Source: a virus
Taxonomy: Duplodnaviria; Heunggongvirae; Uroviricota; Caudoviricetes
IMG/VR virus record: IMGVR_UViG_3300043080_000590
Span: 194,386-258,385 of that record
Reading direction: 5' to 3' (one strand)
DNA length: 64,000 bases
This document shows, one piece after another, positions 1 through 7,215 of this stretch. The notes under the pieces are model-generated. The model did no database searches. It was not told the origin of the DNA and was given only the letters and a program-made list of their open reading frames with translations. A program made the translations under genes and the position numbers. The first letter of the stretch is position 1, and the number at the start of each line of letters is the position of its first letter.

Positions 1-1
1 A

Positions 2-301
2 ATTGGACCATTTAATAATTTAAATTCAGGTATTGTATTTGGTAAAACAAATGATTTAATTGATTTTTATGAAAAAGTAAGTGATTTTTACGACAGTTCA
101 AATAAGGATAATCCTACTGAACAATATTATATAAGGAATGTTTATAAAGATTATACTGATGAAATTACAATAGATAATGAATGTAAATTATTTCAAGTTT
201 ATTTTAAAAATTTTGTGCGTAAGGAAAATGATGATTTTGTTTTTGATGATTTTCCTCAATCATTTACTCCTTACTTAGAACCATTTAAAAAAGATAAATA
301 A
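2..301 (+). CDS. PLOD-like glycosyltransferase paralog 1 (5'-truncated by window)
   Basis: Frame 2 reads IGPFNNLNSGIVFGK...TEQYYIRN...IDNECKLFQ...KKDK* (TAA 299-301), the same LNSG/EQYY/IFQ motifs as the downstream paralogs; not in the ORF track. Confidence 0.75.
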   Translation: MGPFNNLNSGIVFGKTNDLIDFYEKVSDFYDSSNKDNPTEQYYIRNVYKDYTDEITIDNECKLFQVYFKNFVRKENDDFVFDDFPQSFTPYLEPFKKDK

Positions 302-314
302 TTTAAATATATTT

Positions 315-344
315 AAAGGAGATATTTAATTATCTCCTTTTTTT
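315..344 (+). terminator. Rho-independent terminator
   Basis: AAAGGAGATA / TATCTCCTTT stem followed by T-tract. Confidence 0.7.
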
Positions 345-359
345 GAGGTGATTTTATAT

Positions 360-1025
360 ATGGATTTATATTCACATAGTAATAATAAAATATTAGTAGC
401 TCACTTTCCTGATAAATTAAAAGCAAAATACAAAGATTTCATAAATACTAATAAAGAAATCATTTTTAGTAAACCTGATAATATAGATATTATCTCTCCT
501 ATTACGAAAGACCAAATATCTCCGTTAGATTATCAATTAAATAAAAATAATATTTCTTATATAAATCCTTTGAGAAATAAGGATATAAATTGGAATCAGC
601 CTGATAAGATAAAATATGTATTGGAAGGTTTAAAAATTTCTAATAACGAATACGCTCTTATTCTTGATGGTAATGATGTAATTATATTAAATGATTTAAC
701 TGACCTAATAGATATTTTTAATACATACAATAAGAGAATAATTTATAACGCTGATGTTTTTCGTTATCCAAATATAATTATTGAAAAAGAAAGACCTTTT
801 CGCTTTAGTAAATTAAATGCAGGTGTTTGTTTTGGTAAACGAGAAGATTTAATTGTTTTCTACGAAAAGACACTTAATTTTTACAATAATTCAAATAAAG
901 AAAATAAAACAGAACAGTTTTATATAAGAAATGTTGCAAAAGATGATGAAAATGTAGATGTTGATTATGAATGTAGATTTTTTCAAATTTTTTACGTAGA
1001 TTTAAATAGATTGAAAAGGAAATAA
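360..1025 (+). CDS. PLOD-like glycosyltransferase paralog 2
   Basis: LILDGND (DxxD), YP, LNAGVCFG, EQFY, DYECRFFQ resemble the GT domain of procollagen lysyl hydroxylase/glycosyltransferases; ATG 360 follows SD GAGGTG. Confidence 0.7.
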   Translation: MDLYSHSNNKILVAHFPDKLKAKYKDFINTNKEIIFSKPDNIDIISPITKDQISPLDYQLNKNNISYINPLRNKDINWNQPDKIKYVLEGLKISNNEYALILDGNDVIILNDLTDLIDIFNTYNKRIIYNADVFRYPNIIIEKERPFRFSKLNAGVCFGKREDLIVFYEKTLNFYNNSNKENKTEQFYIRNVAKDDENVDVDYECRFFQIFYVDLNRLKRK

Positions 1026-1028
1026 AGT

Positions 1029-1322
1029 ATGGTTAAATATATAAATATTTTTAATTTTCAAATATGTTATGGAACAATAGATGTTTATTCGAGTAGACGA
1101 TTGAATGTTTTGTTCCCTAATAGATTTACTAAAAAACCATTTGTTTTTATATCACCTATATCAAAAGGTGATGTTATTTGTTCGCATTATTTAAATAACC
1201 AAAATGCTATTTATATTTATAATGTATCAAATAATGGTTTTATGGTAACTGTACAGAATAAAGATGTTAAGTTAAATGAAATAGCAAGTAAAGTACAGTA
1301 TTTTGCTATTGGAAAGGGGTAA
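1029..1322 (+). CDS. Small gp53-like / H-type-lectin-like tail fibre domain protein
   Basis: QICYG...VLFPNRF..KPFVF...SNNGF...YFAIGK pattern typical of phage fibre C-terminal domains. Confidence 0.55.
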   Translation: MVKYINIFNFQICYGTIDVYSSRRLNVLFPNRFTKKPFVFISPISKGDVICSHYLNNQNAIYIYNVSNNGFMVTVQNKDVKLNEIASKVQYFAIGKG

Positions 1323-1328
1323 TCTATC

Positions 1329-2051
1329 TTGTATGACTATAAACTAAGATATGTACAGTATGATAATGTAGTTGGTACAGTATTAGGTTTTTCTAAGAAA
1401 CCAATTATTAACATTGAAGAAGATTGGGTTACTATTTCTGACGAAGCATATCAAAAGATTATAAACGCTAATACTGAATATGTTATTGATGTAAATTCTA
1501 TTGACCATAGATTAAGAGAATATAGAAAGAGAGTAAGAAAGTATTATAAATTTCCTTTCTATAAAAAACTACTTACTAAGATAACTTTTGTTGTCGTTCA
1601 TATAGAAGATGTAATAAAAAAGCCACCCAATTTAAAATCTGCTATTATAGCAAGACAAAATAAAAATGAAGAATATTGTCAAATGTATATTGAAGATGGT
1701 ATTTATTACAATGGTAAACATTATTCTTTTTCTCCTGATGAACAAAATCAATATTTGGAAAATAGATTATATGGAAATTGTTTTATACATAGAAAAGATA
1801 ATAATAGTTATGAAAATGAATTTCTTACAGAAGAAGAATTTATAGATATACATAATAAATTAATTGAAAATAGAAACTATCATTATTTCTATTTAGAGCA
1901 ATTAAATAATTATACGGCTACATTAACAAATGTAGAGGAAGTAAGAAGAATAAAATATGAAACTAAATTACCACAAGAATATATAGATAAAATTGAACAA
2001 AATATGAAAACAGTGAGGTTGATGAAAAATGGAAATATATTCTCACTCTAA
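1329..2051 (+). CDS. Putative tail fibre assembly protein (DUF4376-like C-terminus)
   Basis: C-terminal C..YIEDGI...HYSFS..EQ.N...YH..Y..QL..Y.......EEV..IKY pattern; TTG start; next to a fibre domain gene. Confidence 0.45.
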   Translation: MYDYKLRYVQYDNVVGTVLGFSKKPIINIEEDWVTISDEAYQKIINANTEYVIDVNSIDHRLREYRKRVRKYYKFPFYKKLLTKITFVVVHIEDVIKKPPNLKSAIIARQNKNEEYCQMYIEDGIYYNGKHYSFSPDEQNQYLENRLYGNCFIHRKDNNSYENEFLTEEEFIDIHNKLIENRNYHYFYLEQLNNYTATLTNVEEVRRIKYETKLPQEYIDKIEQNMKTVRLMKNGNIFSL

Positions 2052-2742
2052 ACATAAAGTATTAATTACTCATTTTGCAGGTAATTCTAAAAGAATAAAT
2101 CGTAAATATCTTGATGAATTTAAAGAAATTACTTTTACAATGCCTGATAATATAAATATTGTTTCTATTATTACAAAAAATATATTAGAAGATTCTCCAT
2201 TGAACTATCAATTAAATAAAAATAATATTTCTTATTTAAATCCTTTAAAAGATAAAGATGTTGTATGGAAATTTTGTGATAAGGTAAAATATATATTAGA
2301 AGCATTAAATGAAGCAGATAAAGAATATACACTTATTCTTGATGGTAATGATACGGCAATAGTAAATGATTTAAATAACATTGTCGATGTTTTCAATACA
2401 TATAATAAAGATATAATTTTTAATGCAACAAGGTTTCGTTATCCTAAAGTAGATTTAGATAATGTAAAAGATAGAGATAAATATGGCATTTATTGTTGGT
2501 TAAATTCAGGTTGTTGTTTTGGTAAAATAGATAAGGTTAAAGAATTTTATAATTATATTTATTCTCTTATATTGCAAGATAAAACTCCTGTTGATTGTGA
2601 CCAATATTATACAAGAAAAGCATTTAATGATTTTCAAGATACTGTTTTCTTTGATTACGACTGCCGTATTTTTCAAATGTTTTATTTAAATTTTTTAATA
2701 ATAGATGATAATGTTTTTAAATTTACTAATTATAGACTATAA
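2029..2742 (+). CDS. PLOD-like glycosyltransferase paralog 3
   Basis: LILDGND, RYP, WLNSGCCFG, DCDQYY, DYDCRIFQ. Confidence 0.7.
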   Translation: MEIYSHSKHKVLITHFAGNSKRINRKYLDEFKEITFTMPDNINIVSIITKNILEDSPLNYQLNKNNISYLNPLKDKDVVWKFCDKVKYILEALNEADKEYTLILDGNDTAIVNDLNNIVDVFNTYNKDIIFNATRFRYPKVDLDNVKDRDKYGIYCWLNSGCCFGKIDKVKEFYNYIYSLILQDKTPVDCDQYYTRKAFNDFQDTVFFDYDCRIFQMFYLNFLIIDDNVFKFTNYRL

Positions 2743-2755
2743 GAAAGGAACAATA

Positions 2756-3460
2756 ATGAAAGTTTACGCACATAATGGTAATGATATTTTAATAGCTCAT
2801 TTCCCTGGTAATTCAAGAAATGAGAATATAAATTTAATAAATAAATTTAAGGAAATTACTTTTAAACTTCCTGATGATATAGAAATAATTTCTCCTATTA
2901 CACAAAATTGTGTTGCTGATTCTCCATTAGATTATCAGTTAAGGAAAAATAATTATACCTACATAAATCCATTATATAACCGTTTTATGCGTTGGGAAAG
3001 ACAAGGTAAAGTAAATCATATATTATCTGCTTTAAAACAAACAGATAAGAAATATTGCCTTATAATGGATGGTAATGATGTTTCTATATTAAGTGATTTA
3101 ACAGATATTATAGATAGATTAAAGTCTTATGATAAAAAAATTATTTATAATCCTACTTTATTTATGTACCCTCACGTTGTAATTGAACACGTTACTAATA
3201 GAGAACAATATGGAGAGTATTGTCATATAAATGCAGGTTGTTGTATAGGAGAAAGAAAAGAACTAATTAAGTTTTATAAACACGCTTTAGCTTATATAAA
3301 ACAAGATTCAAGACCTATTGACAGTGAACAGTACTACATCAGAAAAGCATTTAATGATTTTCAAGATACTGTTTTCTTTGATTATAAATGTAAAATATTC
3401 CAATGTTGGCATAAAATGGAATATGAAATTAAAAATGATGATATTTATTTATTAAAATAA
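2756..3460 (+). CDS. PLOD-like glycosyltransferase paralog 4
   Basis: LIMDGND, MYP, HINAGCCIG, DSEQYY, DYKCKIFQ; ATG 2756 follows SD AAAGGA (ORF track starts at 2705). Confidence 0.7.
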   Translation: MKVYAHNGNDILIAHFPGNSRNENINLINKFKEITFKLPDDIEIISPITQNCVADSPLDYQLRKNNYTYINPLYNRFMRWERQGKVNHILSALKQTDKKYCLIMDGNDVSILSDLTDIIDRLKSYDKKIIYNPTLFMYPHVVIEHVTNREQYGEYCHINAGCCIGERKELIKFYKHALAYIKQDSRPIDSEQYYIRKAFNDFQDTVFFDYKCKIFQCWHKMEYEIKNDDIYLLK

Positions 3461-3500
3461 TTATATTATTCTTATATCAAAATAAGAAAGGATTGTTTTT

Positions 3501-4688
3501 ATGAATATAGAAGAATTAAAAAATATTTTTGAAATAAATTTCCCTAATGATAGAATAAATGGTACACTACATTGCCCTTATAGAGTTTGCCCATTAGGTT
3601 CTCATATAGACCATCAACACGGTATTGTATCAGGTTTTGCTTTAGATGTAGGTGTTGATTTAGTTTATTCTAAACAGTATGAACCTATTGTTGAAATATA
3701 TAGCGTTAATTATTTTAATAATAGTATTAAATTCGCTATATGTAATGATTTCTTTATACATAATAATTGGGGAGATTATGCAAGGGCTTCTATGAAAGTC
3801 TTATTAGATAATGGATATACATTAAAATATGGCTTTAATGCTGTTCTTAATGGTAATTTACCTATTGGTGGACTTTCTTCTTCTGCTGCTGTTATTTTAT
3901 TATACATAACTGCTTTTTGTAAAGTAAATGATATTACATTAGAAAAAGATAAGTTAATAAATCTTGCTTATTCGGCTGAAAGAGATTATATAGGACTTAA
4001 TGTAGGTAAATTAGACCAAAGCTGTGAAGTGTTATGTGAAAAAGACCATTTATTATATTTAGATACTGCTAATAATGGATATAAGAATATTATTAAAAAT
4101 GAATTAGCTCCTCAATTTAAAATAGCTATTCTTTTTTCAGGAGTATCAAGACAATTAGTTAATTCTAAATACAATACAAGAGTTGATGAATGTAGAAGTG
4201 CTGCTTATACATTAAAGGCTTTTGGTAATTTAGATTATGGTAAAATAAAAGATACATATTTAAGAGATGTACCTTATGAAGTATATGAAGAATATAAAGA
4301 TAAGTTGCCTAAGGATTTTGCAAAGAGAGCTGAACATTTTTATTCAGAAATGCAAAGAATTAAAGATGGTGTATTTGCTTGGGAGAATGGTGATTTAAAT
4401 ACATTCGGACAAAAAATATTTGAATCTGGAAATAGCTCAATATATAATTATGAATGTGGTTCTGATGAATTAAAAACATTATATGAAATAATGGTAGATA
4501 CACCTAATATATATGGTGGTAGATTTAGTGGTGCTGGGTTTAAGGGTTGTTGTATGGCTATTGTAAATCCAAAACATACAGAAGAAATAGAAGAATATGT
4601 AACTAAGAGATATTTAGATAAATTCCCTAATTTAAAAGAAAACTTCTCAATACATTTTTGTGATACATCTGATGGTATTAAATTCTAA
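3501..4688 (+). CDS. GHMP-family sugar-1-kinase (galactokinase/galacturonokinase-like)
   Basis: PYRVCPLGSHIDHQ substrate motif, LPIGGLSSSAA ATP loop, GKLDQ, GGRFSGAGFKG. Confidence 0.85.
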   Translation: MNIEELKNIFEINFPNDRINGTLHCPYRVCPLGSHIDHQHGIVSGFALDVGVDLVYSKQYEPIVEIYSVNYFNNSIKFAICNDFFIHNNWGDYARASMKVLLDNGYTLKYGFNAVLNGNLPIGGLSSSAAVILLYITAFCKVNDITLEKDKLINLAYSAERDYIGLNVGKLDQSCEVLCEKDHLLYLDTANNGYKNIIKNELAPQFKIAILFSGVSRQLVNSKYNTRVDECRSAAYTLKAFGNLDYGKIKDTYLRDVPYEVYEEYKDKLPKDFAKRAEHFYSEMQRIKDGVFAWENGDLNTFGQKIFESGNSSIYNYECGSDELKTLYEIMVDTPNIYGGRFSGAGFKGCCMAIVNPKHTEEIEEYVTKRYLDKFPNLKENFSIHFCDTSDGIKF

Positions 4689-4726
4689 TAAATTATTTAT
4701 TAGTTAAATAAAAAGGAGTTTTTATT

Positions 4727-5056
4727 ATGAAAAGATTGGGAGTTATGATAGAACCAATAGTAGTAAATGGTGAAGACATATATTTAGATAATATGCAAGA
4801 CCTTATAGATTTTTTAAGATATACGGTAAAGAATTATTATTTAACCGAGGAATTAAAAGACTTAGTAAATAATAATTCACAAAGCACAAATATAGAAGAA
4901 GCAGTAATTGAAGCTACTGATGAATATAATAGTATATTAGTTTCTTGTTCAAATGAATGTAAAGAGATTATAGATTATGTAAAAAATACACCAAGAGTAA
5001 ATAGAAAAGAAATTTTATCAAGATTAGAAAACTTATATGAATCATATGAATATTAA
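4727..5056 (+). CDS. Acidic hypothetical protein beginning MKRL
   Basis: ORF with SD AAGGAG, upstream TATTTATTAGT motif and its own downstream terminator. Confidence 0.6.
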   Translation: MKRLGVMIEPIVVNGEDIYLDNMQDLIDFLRYTVKNYYLTEELKDLVNNNSQSTNIEEAVIEATDEYNSILVSCSNECKEIIDYVKNTPRVNRKEILSRLENLYESYEY

Positions 5057-5067
5057 TTAAACAAAGT

Positions 5068-5100
5068 AGGGGCTTATTAAAATAATAAGCCTTTTATTTT
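5068..5100 (+). terminator. Rho-independent terminator
   Basis: GGCTTATTA / TAATAAGCC stem plus T-tract. Confidence 0.6.
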
Positions 5101-5113
5101 TAAGGAGGAAATT

Positions 5114-5809
5114 ATGACTTGTATTATTTTAGCAGCAGGATATGCAACAAGAATGCACCCATTAACATTAAATTATCCTAAACCACTTTTAAAAATAAAC
5201 GGTATACCAATAATAAATTATTTAATAGAAGATATAAAACCTTTTGTTGATGAATTTATTATTGTTACTAATCATAAATTTATCAATTATTTTAAAGATT
5301 ATGATTGTAAGGTTATTGATGATGGTAGTACAGATAATGAAAATAGATTAGGTGCTGTAAATGATATTAAATTAGCTATCGAAAATATAAATGATGATGT
5401 TTTTATTGCAGCAGGGGATAATTTATTAGATTTTTCATTAAATGAGTTTTTTAATTTTATACATAATAAAAAAACAAGTTGTATAATGTATTATGATGAA
5501 AATGATATAAACAAACAAAGAAAAACGGCTATAATAGAAAAAGATAATGATTTAGTTATTTCTTTTGAAGAAAAACCTATCAATCCAAAAACTAATTTAG
5601 CAGTACCGCCTTTTTATTATTATACTAAAAATGATGTAGAAAAAATAAAATATATAAACAATATCAATACAGATGCACCTGGTAGTTTAGCTAAATGGTT
5701 TTGTGAAAATTCAACACTTAATGGCTTTAAAATGAATGGTAATAGATATGATATTGGTGATATAGAAAATTACAATAAAATAAACAATTTATTTAGTGAG
5801 AGGGAATAA
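5114..5809 (+). CDS. Sugar-1-phosphate nucleotidyltransferase (NTP_transferase family)
   Basis: LAAGYATRMHPLT..PKPLL, AGDNL, EEKP, YDIG motifs; SD AGGAGG. Confidence 0.85.
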   Translation: MTCIILAAGYATRMHPLTLNYPKPLLKINGIPIINYLIEDIKPFVDEFIIVTNHKFINYFKDYDCKVIDDGSTDNENRLGAVNDIKLAIENINDDVFIAAGDNLLDFSLNEFFNFIHNKKTSCIMYYDENDINKQRKTAIIEKDNDLVISFEEKPINPKTNLAVPPFYYYTKNDVEKIKYINNINTDAPGSLAKWFCENSTLNGFKMNGNRYDIGDIENYNKINNLFSERE

Positions 5810-5825
5810 TAACCCTCTCTTTTTT
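5798..5825 (+). terminator. Rho-independent terminator
   Basis: GAGAGGG / CCCTCTC plus T-tract. Confidence 0.7.
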
Positions 5826-5895
5826 GTGTCAATTATTAAAATGTTCATATTTTTTATTTTATGATTAGGACAATTGAAGTAGAGGTGATAGTGTT

Positions 5896-6090
5896 TTGGC
5901 AGAGTTTCACGATTTAAATATCAACAAAAATGCTTACATTAACGGTGAGATAAAAGTTGGAGAAACAGAAGAAGATACACAAATCACAAAAGAGGTTGTC
6001 AGTACAAAAACTTTAAAAGGTAACATTACAACAGATTACTTCCAACAGGGAGAAGAAGAACTAATATTTGACAGTGGAGATTCTAAGTAA
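5896..6090 (+). CDS. Small virion-fibre-associated protein
   Basis: TTG start after SD GAGGTG; C-terminus KGNITTDYFQQ..ELIFDSG resembles the C-terminus of the 7216 protein. Confidence 0.5.
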   Translation: MAEFHDLNINKNAYINGEIKVGETEEDTQITKEVVSTKTLKGNITTDYFQQGEEELIFDSGDSK

Positions 6091-6108
6091 AGAAAGGAGG
6101 TTGAAAAT

Positions 6109-7185
6109 ATGTCAAAAACTCTTAAAACAAGACTTAAATTAAAGTATGATACGTCTGCAAATTGGGCAGATTCTACTTTAGTTTTATTGGCTGGTGAAGC
6201 AGCAGTAGAAGTTGTAACAAAAACGACAGGCGAAGGTGACGATGCTGTTACTACAACTTATAATAAAATTAAGTTTGGTGATGGAGAACACGTATTTAAA
6301 GATTTACCGTATGCTAATTATACTCCTGATGAAATTACAGAGCTTATTAATGCTAATGTAACTTATACCAATGAAGATGAAATGCCAGCTGCTGTTGGTG
6401 GTTTAAAAGCAGGTACATCATTTGATAATATGACTATTCAAGAAATATTAAATAAATTGTTATATCCATATACAAAACCAACACTTACAAATTCAGGTAT
6501 TACTATTACATTTAGTGATGGAAGTACAACAACAACAAATAAAAGTCAAGAATATGGTGTAACGATTACACAGATTGATTATAAAACTACACCTGTAAAA
6601 AAATCAAATTCTTTAGCAAGTTTAGTTTTTACTCCTAATGACGGTGGGGACGGTAGTACTGTAACTTCTCCTGAAAGTAGTAAGGCTTATACATATACTT
6701 ATAAACCTTCAACACCATTAAACGCAACTACATCAGCTACGATAACATTAAAAGATGCAGTAGAAAATGGTGATGGTGGTCAATCAACAACTTCTTCTAT
6801 AAAAATTACGTATTATAGACCTATTTATGTTGGTTATCTTGATTGTTCTGCTACTAATGATATTATGAGTGCAACAACAGATGCGGATAAAGTTGCTATA
6901 ATTGAAACTGAAATTGAAAATGAACATTTAAGTAAATTAATTCAAGATACAACAGGTACAATATCAAAGACAGCATCATTTACTCTTGGTAGGTATTGCT
7001 TTGCTTCTACAAAGAAACTTGGTCATATTTATGATGGTAATAATTTTGATAATACTGATTCTTTTGATTGTTTAACATTATCTTTAACAGGTAAGGATGG
7101 TGCAGAAACACCTTATTATGTTTATGTATTTAGTAATGTTATCAAAGATTCTGTTGATTTCTTATATAAGTATTCTTATACTTGA
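6109..7185 (+). CDS. Fibre/decoration protein with Mtd_N (hyaluronidase N-terminal-like) domain
   Basis: TRLKLKYDTSANW...VLLAGE...KIKFGDG...FKDLPY is the Mtd_N signature; T/S-rich beta-type remainder. Confidence 0.65.
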   Translation: MSKTLKTRLKLKYDTSANWADSTLVLLAGEAAVEVVTKTTGEGDDAVTTTYNKIKFGDGEHVFKDLPYANYTPDEITELINANVTYTNEDEMPAAVGGLKAGTSFDNMTIQEILNKLLYPYTKPTLTNSGITITFSDGSTTTTNKSQEYGVTITQIDYKTTPVKKSNSLASLVFTPNDGGDGSTVTSPESSKAYTYTYKPSTPLNATTSATITLKDAVENGDGGQSTTSSIKITYYRPIYVGYLDCSATNDIMSATTDADKVAIIETEIENEHLSKLIQDTTGTISKTASFTLGRYCFASTKKLGHIYDGNNFDNTDSFDCLTLSLTGKDGAETPYYVYVFSNVIKDSVDFLYKYSYT

Positions 7186-7215
7186 TTTTTAGAGTTTTAA
7201 AGGTGGTGAGAATAT

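Noticed and set aside
6109..7185. Diversity-generating retroelement suggested by the Mtd_N domain
   Set aside because: No reverse transcriptase and no adenine-specific TR/VR pair seen in the window
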